Notes: a model not told the origin generated them from the sequence alone. DNA of 64,000 nucleotides from an uncultured Bacteroidota bacterium (GCA_903881665.1 CAIRUC010000132.1:24168-88167), one strand, 5' to 3'. Shown: positions 29,668 to 40,511, counted from the stretch's first letter. Translations and numbers: made by a program.

Positions 29668-30597
29668 TCACTTAAAAATATCCTCATTCCTCAGCATGCT
29701 CAAATAATTATAATAACGCATCGCATGAATTTCTCCTTTTTCCACGGCATCTTTTATGGCGCATTGTTTTTCGTTTTCGTGTAGGCAATTATTAAATTTG
29801 CAATCGTTGATTCGATCTCTCATTTCAATAAAGTAATGTGATATTTCGGCAGGATTAAAATCGATGTTTACAAATTCGCGTATTCCGGGGGTGTCGATTA
29901 AATATCCTCCTTCAGTGAGTTGATGCATCTCTGCAAAAGTGGTTGTATGTTTTCCTTTTAGATGCTGAGAAGAGATTTCGCCTACTTTCAAATTTAATTT
30001 ATTTTCAAGGGCATTTATTAAACTGGATTTACCTACTCCTGAATGTCCGCTAAAGAGATTAGATCTCCCTTTTAATTGAAATCTTAATTCTGTTAATCCA
30101 TCACCGTTAGTTGCCGAAACTTTAAAGCATTCATACCCTAATGGCTCGTAAATGGAAATGTAATTTTCCTGGACTTCTTCAAGATCATTTTTAAATAAAT
30201 CTGATTTATTGAAGATGAGTGAAACTGGAATATGAAACGATTCGGCAGCTGAAATAAATCGATCAATAAATCCTGTAGATGTTTTCGGGAACACCGGCGT
30301 TACTACCAACCAAGCTCTATCAATATTAGCAGCTAAAATATGTGATTGCTTCGATAAATTCACCGATTTACGAACTATGTAATTACGGCGTTCACCTATC
30401 TCGTTGATGGTGCCGGTGCCGTCAGTTTGAAGATGATATTCGACAATATCTCCAACGGCTAATGGGCTAGTGCTATCAATATCGCGTAAACGTAGTTGTC
30501 CGCGCACACGACAGGAAACTCTTTGGCCCTGTTCATTTTCCACTTCATACCAACTTCCGGTCGATTTTAGTACTAATCCTTTCATATCAGAGTGCAA
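29668..30597 (-). CDS. rsgA: Ribosome small-subunit-dependent GTPase A
   Basis: 309 aa. It has an N-terminal OB fold, a circularly permuted GTPase (GHSGVGKSSLIN ... DTPG) and a C-terminal Zn-finger (CKFNNCLH). Confidence 0.85.
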   Translation of the reverse strand: MHSDMKGLVLKSTGSWYEVENEQGQRVSCRVRGQLRLRDIDSTSPLAVGDIVEYHLQTDGTGTINEIGERRNYIVRKSVNLSKQSHILAANIDRAWLVVTPVFPKTSTGFIDRFISAAESFHIPVSLIFNKSDLFKNDLEEVQENYISIYEPLGYECFKVSATNGDGLTELRFQLKGRSNLFSGHSGVGKSSLINALENKLNLKVGEISSQHLKGKHTTTFAEMHQLTEGGYLIDTPGIREFVNIDFNPAEISHYFIEMRDRINDCKFNNCLHENEKQCAIKDAVEKGEIHAMRYYNYLSMLRNEDIFK

Positions 30598-30721
30598 AGA
30601 TAAGAGGAATTAGGCAGCTAAAATCGGAAACTCATTTCAAGGTATGTATAGCTGCATTTGTTCATTAAATTTTAAAAAATTCACCAATTCGAATACTGTT
30701 AATCCACTACATTTGCTGCCT

Positions 30722-31642
30722 ATGTCGGTAGAAGTATCAAATATTACCAAATTATACGGTGAGCAAAAGGCGCTAGATGGTGTTTCGTTCTCTGTAGAAC
30801 CAGGACAAGTAGTTGGTTTTTTAGGCCCGAATGGAGCCGGAAAGTCGACTATGATGAAAATAATAACTTGTTTTCTTCCCCAAACTTCGGGAAAGGTAAC
30901 TGTTGATGGTTTTGATGTTACAAGTCAATCGGTAGAAGTGCGCAGGTTGGTGGGCTATCTGCCTGAGCATAATCCATTGTACCACGATATGTATGTGAAG
31001 GAGTTTCTCACTTTCATCGGAGGCATTCAATTACCTTCAAAGATGGTGGCGGGAAGAGTGAAAGAGATGATCGATCGCACAGGATTAGGAGTAGAACAGC
31101 ATAAAAAAATTGGGGCTTTATCGAAAGGATACCGTCAGCGTGTAGGATTGGCGCAAGCCATGATTCACCAGCCGAATGTGTTGATTTTAGATGAACCTAC
31201 TACCGGACTAGATCCAAATCAATTGGTAGAAATACGACAATTGATAAAAGATATAGGGAAAGAAAAAACGGTGATTCTATCAACCCATATCATGCAAGAG
31301 GTAGAAGCCATCTGCGATCGAGTGTTAATTATTAACAAAGGTCAGATAGTTGCCGACGACAAAACGGCGATATTACAGCAAAAGTCGGCGGATGCATCGA
31401 TTGTCATGATTGAATTCGATAAGCCTTTTAACAGTAAAAACTTGATGCTAGTGACTGGTGTGCGTAGAGTAGAGAAACTTAGCGAAAATAGCTGCAAGGT
31501 GCATGGTGATAAAGGCATGGATTTACGTCCATTGCTATTTAACTTTTCTGTGGATAACGGCCTGTCAATTATTACATTGCATAAAGAAGAGAACAGCTTA
31601 GAAAGTATCTTCCGTCAATTAACTGCACAGAAAATTACATAA
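30722..31642 (+). CDS. gldA: ABC transporter ATP-binding protein, probably the gliding-motility-associated GldA
   Basis: Walker A GPNGAGKST, ABC signature LSKGYRQRV and Walker B ILDEPT. The N-terminus MSVEVSNITKLYGEQKALDGVSF resembles GldA-type proteins. Assignment to gldA specifically is inference. Confidence 0.6.
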   Translation: MSVEVSNITKLYGEQKALDGVSFSVEPGQVVGFLGPNGAGKSTMMKIITCFLPQTSGKVTVDGFDVTSQSVEVRRLVGYLPEHNPLYHDMYVKEFLTFIGGIQLPSKMVAGRVKEMIDRTGLGVEQHKKIGALSKGYRQRVGLAQAMIHQPNVLILDEPTTGLDPNQLVEIRQLIKDIGKEKTVILSTHIMQEVEAICDRVLIINKGQIVADDKTAILQQKSADASIVMIEFDKPFNSKNLMLVTGVRRVEKLSENSCKVHGDKGMDLRPLLFNFSVDNGLSIITLHKEENSLESIFRQLTAQKIT

Positions 31643-31736
31643 ATTTTCATAGATGAAGTCTTTTTCTATCTTTGCCCCGCTTTAAGAAAGCAATACTAGT
31701 AAGAACTCAAATTAGAATCAATAAACTCAACAAAAA

Positions 31737-33026
31737 ATGTCATACTTGTTCACTTCTGAGTCAGTATCTGAAGGCCATCCTGATAAGGTAGCGGATCAGA
31801 TCTCTGATGCATTAATCGATTATTTTCTTGCTTACGACCCAACTTCAAAAGTAGCTTGCGAAACGCTTGTTACTACAGGACTGGTTGTATTAGCCGGAGA
31901 GGTAAAATCCGACGCATATCTTGACGTTCAAGAAATCGCTCGTGAGGTAATCCGTCATATCGGATATACAAAAAGCGAATACATGTTCGAAGCAAACTCA
32001 TGCGGAATTTTATCGGCAATTCACGAACAATCACCTGATATTAACCAAGGTGTTGAACGTAAAAAACCGGAAGACCAAGGAGCTGGTGACCAAGGAATGA
32101 TGTTTGGTTATGCTAGCCGCGAAACGGATAATTATATGCCGTTACCATTAGAATTATCACATTTATTACTTCGTGAATTGGCAGCGATTCGTCGCGAGCA
32201 AAAAGTGATGAAATATCTTCGTCCTGATGCAAAAAGCCAAGTAACGATCGAGTATTCTGACGATCACCAACCGATTCGTATCGATACAATCGTATTATCG
32301 ACTCAACACGACGATTTTGGTAAAGAGAAAGCAATGCTTGATCAAATCAAGAAGGACGTTGTAAATATTTTGATTCCTCGCGTGATGAAGAAACTTCCAA
32401 AACGCGTGCAGGCATTATTCAACAATAAAATTACTTACCATGTTAATCCTACAGGAAAGTTTGTTATCGGTGGACCACACGGTGATACAGGTTTAACGGG
32501 ACGTAAAATCATCGTTGATACTTATGGTGGAAAAGGAGCTCACGGTGGTGGAGCATTCTCAGGAAAAGATCCTTCAAAAGTTGACCGTTCAGCAGCGTAT
32601 GCAGCACGTCACGTAGCCAAACACTTAGTAGCTGCGGGAATCTGCGATGAAGCATTAGTTCAAGTTGCTTATGCAATTGGAGTAGCGAAGCCTGTAGGTT
32701 TATTCGTTAACACTTACGGAACTGCGAAAGTGCCTATGAGCGACGGACAAATTTCTGCTATGATTGGTAAAATGCCTGAGTTCGATATGCGTCCTTATTT
32801 CATCGAAAAACGCTTCAACTTACGGACGCCAATCTATCTCGAAACTGCTGCTTACGGACATATGGGTCGCGAGACTAAAGTAGTTGAGAAGGTATTCAAT
32901 AAAGGCAAGAAAAACGAGAAGAAAATCAAAGTTAAATTGTTCCCTTGGGAAGAACTTAATGCGGTTGATTCAGTAAAGAAAACTTTTGGGTTAGCAGGTG
33001 CAGTTAAGGCTAAAGGTAAGAAGTAA
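31737..33026 (+). CDS. metK: S-adenosylmethionine synthetase
   Basis: 429 aa. It has [17 protein letters not shown] and GGGAFSGKD, plus a C-terminal ~40-aa Lys-rich extension. Confidence 0.9.
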   Translation: MSYLFTSESVSEGHPDKVADQISDALIDYFLAYDPTSKVACETLVTTGLVVLAGEVKSDAYLDVQEIAREVIRHIGYTKSEYMFEANSCGILSAIHEQSPDINQGVERKKPEDQGAGDQGMMFGYASRETDNYMPLPLELSHLLLRELAAIRREQKVMKYLRPDAKSQVTIEYSDDHQPIRIDTIVLSTQHDDFGKEKAMLDQIKKDVVNILIPRVMKKLPKRVQALFNNKITYHVNPTGKFVIGGPHGDTGLTGRKIIVDTYGGKGAHGGGAFSGKDPSKVDRSAAYAARHVAKHLVAAGICDEALVQVAYAIGVAKPVGLFVNTYGTAKVPMSDGQISAMIGKMPEFDMRPYFIEKRFNLRTPIYLETAAYGHMGRETKVVEKVFNKGKKNEKKIKVKLFPWEELNAVDSVKKTFGLAGAVKAKGKK

Positions 33027-33046
33027 TAACATTTAATATATATAAT

Positions 33047-33080
33047 AAAGGCTGTCTGAAAAGATGGCCTTTTTTTATTG
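33047..33080 (+). terminator. Putative rho-independent terminator after metK
   Basis: aaaggc-tgtctgaaaagatg-gccttt followed by tttttatt. Confidence 0.45.
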
Positions 33081-33896
33081 TATTAGGTTTCAAAAAGCAA
33101 AAGGAGTGTATTTAAACGAGTATAGTGGATAGTCTGAATTTAATTTCATAAGGGAAATATTTGACAAATGGAATTGGCCGTCTTAAAAAAGAAAATGAAA
33201 ATTTGAGTGTGAATTATAATTTATTAGTTAATGATCGGATTCAATATTTAATTGAAGCTAATGAAGGTATTTCTCCAAATAATTTAATTGAAACAAACGA
33301 GAAATATGTGAATGATATTATGTTAAAACAATTAAGACATAATCTAGCACCTAATAGTATAGATTTTCCATGTTACAATCCATAGCACAGCAATGTCCCT
33401 TTTCAGGTGGCCGCTCCATTTATATTGCTCGTGCAATTTTACACGAGTATTTTCCCGAAATGGTTTACAATGATGAAGATATTTGTGCTGCGGAGGGTTT
33501 GATGAGAAAGAAAAATGAAATCAATCAAGTACTTTCTAATAAACTATTGATTTCACCTAATCCTGCAAATGAGCAAAGGTTTTTGATGATACGGGGATGT
33601 ATTTGAGTACGGAGAAGACGGTTGTAAACAAATAGGAGATTGTAGTTTCTTTGAAAATCTAATTCAAAAGAAGAGTTTCTTAGTTCGAAGTTCGAAGTTT
33701 CGCTAAGCGAATAGCGAGTTTTTGATATGTTAAGCGGTTATCGAGCGGCGGTCATCGGGCGGAGTCGAGATGAGCCTGTCGAAATACGGTTATTGAGTCT
33801 GTCGTATTATTGACCTTGTCGATAATCGCTAAATCAAGTCACGATAAACAAGCTTGATAAAATAAAATTTCATGTGCACTTTCGGTTGCTAAGAAA

Positions 33897-34556
33897 TTAA
33901 TCTACCGTATTTAAAAAATCAAGAAACGGTTTAATAACTTCGAGGCCTTTGAGGAGGGTTTTTTCGAGGGATTTGTCGGTGAGGTCTTTGGTTTTGATAG
34001 GGTGTGTAACAACGTAGCTATTGTATTTCAAAAGTTCGATGTCGGGGTGTGTTGGGTCAACGCCCTTGGGTGCTTTCTTTAACTTATGTTCTTCGAGAGC
34101 AGGATACCATTTCTTGAAGGTTTTGTTGTTTAAGATGGCTTTGAAGTCGGCAGTATTGTATTCCACTTCCTGTCGCAGCTTTTTTAGTACTGGTGCTTCT
34201 GGCATCCAATATCCTCCGGCAATAAAACTGGCATTTCCGGCAGGTTCTATATGGATGTAAAAGCCACATTTGCCCGATTTTTTGCCTCCCTCCTTCAATT
34301 GTGCACTGAAGTTTACTTTATAGGGAACTTTGATCTTGCTAAATCTTACGTCGCGGTAGATGCGAAATACGCAGTCTTTTACCTCTAATGTTGATAACGC
34401 AGGGTGAGTTTTACTAGCTTTTAATATAAGAGACGCTATAAATTGATGAAAATCACTTTTAGCGGCATCGTATCGAGCTTTGTTGATGGCGAACCATTCT
34501 CGGTTGTTGTTTTTCTTAAGGTCGGTTAAGAATTTAAGGGTAGTCGACTTCAGCAT
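33897..34556 (-). CDS. DUF2461 (TIGR02453) family protein
   Basis: 219 aa. The N-terminus LKFLTDLKKNNNREWFAINKARYDAAKSDF is typical of that family. Confidence 0.6.
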   Translation of the reverse strand: MLKSTTLKFLTDLKKNNNREWFAINKARYDAAKSDFHQFIASLILKASKTHPALSTLEVKDCVFRIYRDVRFSKIKVPYKVNFSAQLKEGGKKSGKCGFYIHIEPAGNASFIAGGYWMPEAPVLKKLRQEVEYNTADFKAILNNKTFKKWYPALEEHKLKKAPKGVDPTHPDIELLKYNSYVVTHPIKTKDLTDKSLEKTLLKGLEVIKPFLDFLNTVD

Positions 34557-34808
34557 ATTGCGGTAAAAATAATTTTTTTATTCTAAATCTTTGCCAATGA
34601 GAATTTTAACATTAAAATTGCGGAATAGTTTTGTTTAAATCGAAAGAATCTTTTTTACATTTGTGATATTAGAACTTCAAAGAACCTAGAGTACCTCGTG
34701 TATTGAAGTTTTTTGGGTGTTTAATTCGATAATTCAAGAGTATGAAAATCTGCGACGAGTATCAACCTAAATAAAATTCTTAACCAAAATTTTGCTTAAC
34801 AACCGCAA

Positions 34809-35033
34809 ATGAAAACTTCCAAGAAAACTGGAAAAGCAACTGAGTCAAAAGCTAAAAACATAGCAAACTCAGCAGGAAAGGGGCGTAAAATGGAGCCTCT
34901 TAAATCGAAGGAACTAAAGAACCAAAAGTTCGATGATTTTGATGATGAAGAGGACGACTTGGATCCGGAAATGGCGGAGGGAAATATGGAGTCGTTCGAT
35001 GATTTCTACGATGATGACGATGATGATGAGTAA
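34809..35033 (+). CDS. Small hypothetical protein (74 aa) with a basic N-terminus and a poly-Asp/Glu C-terminal tail
   Basis: ORF only; it is convergent with anmK. Confidence 0.3.
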   Translation: MKTSKKTGKATESKAKNIANSAGKGRKMEPLKSKELKNQKFDDFDDEEDDLDPEMAEGNMESFDDFYDDDDDDE

Positions 35034-36149
35034 TCATCCGGCTTTGTAAAGTGCTCCTCCAATATTGTTTCTTAATGAACCCGTTGTACTATTGAAAATA
35101 TTTACGCTATTATTCTGATATAATACAGCTAGAAACCCAAATACAAGGGCTTCTTTGTAGTTGATAATACTCGCTGCCGGCAAAGTAATTTTACGTCCGC
35201 CAAGCGTTGCTATCTTGTTGGTTAAATAGGTGTTGAAGGCTCCTCCTCCTGTTACAAGGATGGACCCTTCTTCTTTTATGTGCGTGAATGCATTGGCATG
35301 CATGGTTGCGATGTGTTCGGTTACAGTGTGCGCTAGGTCGGCTGCTTCCGAATAACTTAACTTTTCATTACGTATTTCCATAGTTGGTAAAAAATCTCCT
35401 TCTAACCATTCTCTCCCCAGCGATTTTGGTCCTTGTTGAGTGTAAAAGCTAAGGTGGTTGAGCTTTTCTAATAATTCAGGAATTATTTTCCCCGATGCTG
35501 CCATTTCTCCTCGGTCGTCGTATTCGTTTCCTTGGTTGTTGGCAAGGAGGTTTAAGATCATATTTGCAGGACAAATATCAAATCCTTTTCGGCTTCCGTT
35601 TTCTTCGAAAGAAATATTGGCAATTCCTCCCAGATTTAAACAAGCAGCATATTCGCCAAATAAGTACCTATCGCCTATCGGAACTAAGGGGGCACCTTGT
35701 CCACCTAATGCCACATCCTTACTCCTGAAATCGCATACTGTATTAACTCCCGTGAGTGCGGCAATTTGTGCTCCGTCGCCTATCTGACAGGTAAATCCAT
35801 GTTGTGGTTGATGAAAAACGGTATGGCCGTGGCTTCCGATCAGGTCGATTTTTAATTTGTTTTCCACTATAAAATTCGCTGCTATTGTTCCGAAATACCG
35901 GCCCAAAGCTGCATGAGAAAAGGCCAAGTCATAACCTGAGAGGTTCATCGACCCCTTTAAAGTTTCGATCCACTCTGTAGGATAGGGTATAGTTTGAGTG
36001 GCTAAAATTTCAAAATCCCAGGTATGATTGAGCTCCGTAAAGCGACAAGCACAGAGGTCGGTGCCGTCTAAAGAAGTGCCCGACATCATGCCAAGGACCG
36101 TAATTGGGAGTGAATTGTTCATCGTGATATGATATTTACTATTCTGCAA
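35034..36149 (-). CDS. anmK: Anhydro-N-acetylmuramic acid kinase
   Basis: The GMMSGTSLDG motif sits near the N-terminus. At 371 aa the true start may be the downstream Met of MNNSLPITVLG. Confidence 0.8.
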   Translation of the reverse strand: MQNSKYHITMNNSLPITVLGMMSGTSLDGTDLCACRFTELNHTWDFEILATQTIPYPTEWIETLKGSMNLSGYDLAFSHAALGRYFGTIAANFIVENKLKIDLIGSHGHTVFHQPQHGFTCQIGDGAQIAALTGVNTVCDFRSKDVALGGQGAPLVPIGDRYLFGEYAACLNLGGIANISFEENGSRKGFDICPANMILNLLANNQGNEYDDRGEMAASGKIIPELLEKLNHLSFYTQQGPKSLGREWLEGDFLPTMEIRNEKLSYSEAADLAHTVTEHIATMHANAFTHIKEEGSILVTGGGAFNTYLTNKIATLGGRKITLPAASIINYKEALVFGFLAVLYQNNSVNIFNSTTGSLRNNIGGALYKAG

Positions 36150-36219
36150 AGGAAATCTTTTACAATCTCATCTACTAATCCGAAGAATGGATTATTTTTG
36201 GCAAACTAAATAAATACCT

Positions 36220-37359
36220 ATGTTATTTCAATTCAGTGAAGAACAATTAATGATTCAGCAGGCTGCGCGTGACTTTGCCCAGCAAGAACTATTACCGGGC
36301 GTTATCGAGCGCGATGAACATCAGAAGTTTCCGGCGGAACAAATAAAACGTTTGGGTGAACTAGGCTTTTTGGGCATGATGGTGAGTCCTCAGTACGGCG
36401 GAAGCGGATTAGATACTGTTTCTTATGTATTGGCAATGGAAGAAATTTCCAAAGTAGACGCCTCCGCATCAGTGGTGATGTCGGTAAACAATTCACTGGT
36501 TTGTTGGGGCCTTGAGAATTTCGCCAATGAAGAGCAAAAACAAAAATACTTGGTACCCTTAGCGAAAGGAGAAATTATTGGTGGGTTCTGTCTTTCAGAA
36601 CCAGAAGCGGGATCGGATGCCACATCTCAACGTACAACGGCAATAGATATGGGCGATCATTACCTTTTAAACGGAACAAAAAATTGGATTACCAATGGTG
36701 GAACGGCTTCTGTCTTTTTAGTGATGGCACAAACCGATGTGGCGAAAGGTCACAAAGGAATAAACTGCTTAATTGTAGAAAAAGGATTGGAAGGATTTAC
36801 GGTAGGACCTAAAGAAAATAAATTAGGTATTCGTGGATCTGATACGCATTCGTTGATGTTTCAAGATGTGAAAGTGCCAAAGGAAAATCGTATCGGTGAA
36901 GACGGATTCGGATTTAAATTCGCTATGAAAACCCTTACCGGCGGTCGTATCGGTATCGCTGCTCAAGCATTAGGAATTGCAAGTGGTGCCTATGAGTTAG
37001 CCTTAAAATATTCGAAGCAACGTAAAGCCTTCGGAACTGAAATCTGTAATCACCAAGCTATTCAATTTAAGTTAGCGGATATGGCTACTGAAATTGAAGC
37101 AGCTCGATTGTTGTGTTTGAAAGCAGCTTGGGAGAAAGACAATAAAATGGATTATAATCTTTCGAGTTCAATGGCTAAATTATTTGCTTCGGAAGTAGCA
37201 ATGAAAACAACTATTGAAGCTGTGCAGGTACATGGAGGATACGGATTTGTGAAAGAGTTCCACGTAGAACGATTAATGCGTGATGCTAAAATTACTCAGA
37301 TCTATGAAGGAACTTCTGAAGTTCAACGTATCGTAATTGCAAGAAGCATTCTACAGTAA
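36220..37359 (+). CDS. Acyl-CoA dehydrogenase (short/medium-chain type)
   Basis: 379 aa with a conserved ACAD fold; the C-terminal catalytic region is YEGTSEVQRIVIAR. Confidence 0.85.
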   Translation: MLFQFSEEQLMIQQAARDFAQQELLPGVIERDEHQKFPAEQIKRLGELGFLGMMVSPQYGGSGLDTVSYVLAMEEISKVDASASVVMSVNNSLVCWGLENFANEEQKQKYLVPLAKGEIIGGFCLSEPEAGSDATSQRTTAIDMGDHYLLNGTKNWITNGGTASVFLVMAQTDVAKGHKGINCLIVEKGLEGFTVGPKENKLGIRGSDTHSLMFQDVKVPKENRIGEDGFGFKFAMKTLTGGRIGIAAQALGIASGAYELALKYSKQRKAFGTEICNHQAIQFKLADMATEIEAARLLCLKAAWEKDNKMDYNLSSSMAKLFASEVAMKTTIEAVQVHGGYGFVKEFHVERLMRDAKITQIYEGTSEVQRIVIARSILQ

Positions 37360-37368
37360 AAATAATAC

Positions 37369-38136
37369 ATGAAGCAACGATATAGTTCTCTGTTTTTTTT
37401 CGCAATCATCACCATCTTTCTAATTATCGGCTGTACGCCGCAAAGAAAGATGGTGTATTTGCAAGGTGATTCGGCGATTTTACGCGACACAACTACATTT
37501 AGTATGCGTATATCTCCAGGTGATATTATCGCGGTAGATTTGTATACTGTTAACCCTGACGCATTCCCGGGATTAGGAATAGGTAATGATCGCGGCTCTA
37601 TTATCGATAACCGTTCGGCCTACGAAAAAGGATTTATGCTCGATCGTAAAGGTGTTGTAGCATTGCCCTATATCGGAAATGTTAATCTAAATGGATTAAC
37701 AATAACCGATGCGCACGATACCATCAGCAATCGCTTTAAGCAATACATTGATGAGCCCGTTGTCATTGTGAAAAAATTAAGTTTTAAAGTTTCAGTAATA
37801 GGTGAAGTTCAGAAACCGGGATTGTTTTATGTGCCGAATGAACAACTTACCATATTAGAAGCATTAGCAATGGCTGGCGATTTAAGTACGTATGCCGATC
37901 GTACAAATTTGAAAATTCTGAGAAAAACGACGGAAGGAACTATCGAAATTCCTGTTGATCTCACTAAGAAAGAAGCGTTTGTCGGACAAAGTAAATTCCT
38001 ATATCCCGAAGATGTGTTATACGTGGCACCTACGAGGAAGAAAGCATTTGCACAAGTTAGCGTTGCTACCGGTGTTTTTACTTCTATTCTAAGTACATTA
38101 ATTCTTTTAGGAACACTTTACGTTAGAACTAAGTAA
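37369..38136 (+). CDS. wza: Polysaccharide export outer-membrane protein (Wza-like: Poly_export + SLBB)
   Basis: 255 aa. It has the lipoprotein-type signal FLIIGC and the Poly_export motif PGDIIAVDLY. Confidence 0.7.
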   Translation: MKQRYSSLFFFAIITIFLIIGCTPQRKMVYLQGDSAILRDTTTFSMRISPGDIIAVDLYTVNPDAFPGLGIGNDRGSIIDNRSAYEKGFMLDRKGVVALPYIGNVNLNGLTITDAHDTISNRFKQYIDEPVVIVKKLSFKVSVIGEVQKPGLFYVPNEQLTILEALAMAGDLSTYADRTNLKILRKTTEGTIEIPVDLTKKEAFVGQSKFLYPEDVLYVAPTRKKAFAQVSVATGVFTSILSTLILLGTLYVRTK

Positions 38137-40511
38137 TGAATAATACTCCGAAAAATAAAAAGCAGGAAGACGAATTAGACTTAAGCAATCTCCTGAACGA
38201 TCTGATTGCGAAATGGCATTATTTCCTTGTTGCCGGATTGATTCTTGCGGCGCTTACTGTTGTGTATATTAAATTTTCATTACCCGTTTATCAGAGTACT
38301 TCAAGCGTGTTAATTGATGATAGTAAATCATCGAATAATTTCGAAGATGTACTGTCGAGTGATTTGTTTGGTACAAGCATGAGCATGCCTACCGAAATAG
38401 GTATTCTTACTTCCCGTACCGTTATTCAAAAAACCATTGAAGAATTGCATTTAAGAGTACAATATTTTAATACTACCGCTTATCCTGCGCGACCAATTTA
38501 TCCGAACAGTCCGTTTTTAGTGGAGGTGAATGATATTAATAAATATGTTCAGGATTTAACATTTGAGGCCAAAGTAATTGATAAGTCGCATCTTGAAATT
38601 ACAACTGAATATACTGGCGATGATATCCCAACTTTTAAGTTTGACAAGAGTATCGCATTAGGCGAAAGTATCAGTAACAAATATTTTCATTTTACAATTC
38701 ATAAGTCAGATTCAATAAGTCTTCCAGATGCGGGTGCTACCTTCGAATTTAAAGTTCGTAATTTAAACAAGCTGACTAATGAAATAATCGACAATTTGAA
38801 AGCTGAACCACTCGATAAAGATGCGAATATCGTTATTCTTACGTATCAAGATGTAGTTCCCGTTCGTGCATTAGATGTGTTGAATACAATTGGCAAAGTG
38901 TACATCGATTTAGATGTTCAAGATAAAGCCTCAGTTGCCGGATTAACATTAAAGTTTGTTGATCAGCAGCTCACCAATACTGGTGATGCATTGAGTGCTA
39001 CCGAGCATGAAATGCAGGATTTTAAAGAGAAGAATAAAACGGTCAATTTAAGTGAAGAGTCGAAGGCGATGTTGCAAAAGCTTAACGAGCTTGATGTTGA
39101 AAGAGTGAAAAATAATATCGACATTACTACCTTAGATAATTTATATAATTACGTTGCCAATAATCAGGATTTAACCAATATGGCTCCTTCCAGTATGGGA
39201 ATCCCTGATCCGCTACTCGTAGAATTAATAACTAATTATCAAACATTACAAGGAAAGCGAAAGGGATCTTCATTCGGAGTGAAGAATGATGCACCAGCTG
39301 TGAAAGTTTTAGATCAGCAATTAACCGAAACTAAAAATGCATTGGCGGAAAATATTAGTTCTATAAAAAAGCGTTTGTCGGTAATGCGCATTTCTATTCA
39401 GCAACAATTATCACAATGCGAAGCACAAGTAAAACAGGTTCCTGAAATTGAACGACAATTTATCGGAATCCAACGTAATGTAGAAGTAAATCAAAATATT
39501 TATACATACCTTTTGCAGAAAAAAGCGGAAACTTCTATCGCTAAAGCAACTGCTGTTTCTGATAACCGAATACTTGATCAGGCAAGTCTCGCTGAAGATC
39601 CTGTTTCTCCAAATAAAAAACTCTTAGCGGTATTGTTAGTTTTGTTTACGGGTATAATTCCTGGCGGATTAATTCTCAGCCGTATTTTATTTAAATCAAA
39701 AATTCAGAATCGCGAAGACATTTCTCGTATTACATCGGTGCCTGTTTTAGGGGTGGTAGGTCATTCACCCGATAAAACAAATTTGGCAGTATTTAGTCGC
39801 CCTAAATCTGCTATTTCAGAAGCATTTCGTACCATTCGCACCAATCTTCAGTTTTACGGGATAAATTCGGGCAATCAAGTAATTACTATTACTTCATCAG
39901 TAGGAGGAGAAGGAAAGTCTTTCGTTACGTTAAACCTAGCTACTGTACTTTCTATGCAGGGACGTAAAGTAGTAATGATTGGTCTCGATTTACGAAAACC
40001 AAAATTGTTCGACGACCTTGATATTAAAAATGATATTGGAGTAAGTAATTTTTTAGTAGGCACGTCAACGTTAGATCAAGTAATTCGAACTACAAAAGTT
40101 TCGGGCCTCGATTTTATATCCTCAGGGCCAATTCCTCCAAATCCAGCAGAATTGCTTTCTAAGAAATTGATGGCGGAAATGATAGAAGAATTAAAAAAAA
40201 GATATGACTTTATCGTAATTGATACGCCTCCTTTAGGTGTTGTGTCGGATGCTTTTATCATTATGCCCCTATCGAATATTAATTTATATATTGTGCGTCA
40301 AGGGTATTCGCGATTGGAATTCATTAGGTCTCTCGAAGAATTATACTGCGATGGCAAGTTTAGTAGTTTAAGTATCATTCTTAATGATGCTGATTTTAAT
40401 CGATCTTATGGCTACGGACATACCTATGGATATATAAAAGGGAACGAAGAATATTACGAGGATACAATGCCTTCGAAATGGAGTGTTCGAAATTGGTTTA
40501 GGAAAAACTAA
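38136..40511 (+). CDS. wzc: Polysaccharide co-polymerase / tyrosine autokinase (Wzc-like; chain-length determinant + BY-kinase)
   Basis: 791 aa. It has an N-terminal TM, a Wzz-type periplasmic coiled coil and a second TM. The C-terminal P-loop is VGGEGKSFVT, followed by the DTPPLG Walker B region and a Tyr-rich tail (YGYGHTYGY). Confidence 0.75.
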   Translation: MNNTPKNKKQEDELDLSNLLNDLIAKWHYFLVAGLILAALTVVYIKFSLPVYQSTSSVLIDDSKSSNNFEDVLSSDLFGTSMSMPTEIGILTSRTVIQKTIEELHLRVQYFNTTAYPARPIYPNSPFLVEVNDINKYVQDLTFEAKVIDKSHLEITTEYTGDDIPTFKFDKSIALGESISNKYFHFTIHKSDSISLPDAGATFEFKVRNLNKLTNEIIDNLKAEPLDKDANIVILTYQDVVPVRALDVLNTIGKVYIDLDVQDKASVAGLTLKFVDQQLTNTGDALSATEHEMQDFKEKNKTVNLSEESKAMLQKLNELDVERVKNNIDITTLDNLYNYVANNQDLTNMAPSSMGIPDPLLVELITNYQTLQGKRKGSSFGVKNDAPAVKVLDQQLTETKNALAENISSIKKRLSVMRISIQQQLSQCEAQVKQVPEIERQFIGIQRNVEVNQNIYTYLLQKKAETSIAKATAVSDNRILDQASLAEDPVSPNKKLLAVLLVLFTGIIPGGLILSRILFKSKIQNREDISRITSVPVLGVVGHSPDKTNLAVFSRPKSAISEAFRTIRTNLQFYGINSGNQVITITSSVGGEGKSFVTLNLATVLSMQGRKVVMIGLDLRKPKLFDDLDIKNDIGVSNFLVGTSTLDQVIRTTKVSGLDFISSGPIPPNPAELLSKKLMAEMIEELKKRYDFIVIDTPPLGVVSDAFIIMPLSNINLYIVRQGYSRLEFIRSLEELYCDGKFSSLSIILNDADFNRSYGYGHTYGYIKGNEEYYEDTMPSKWSVRNWFRKN

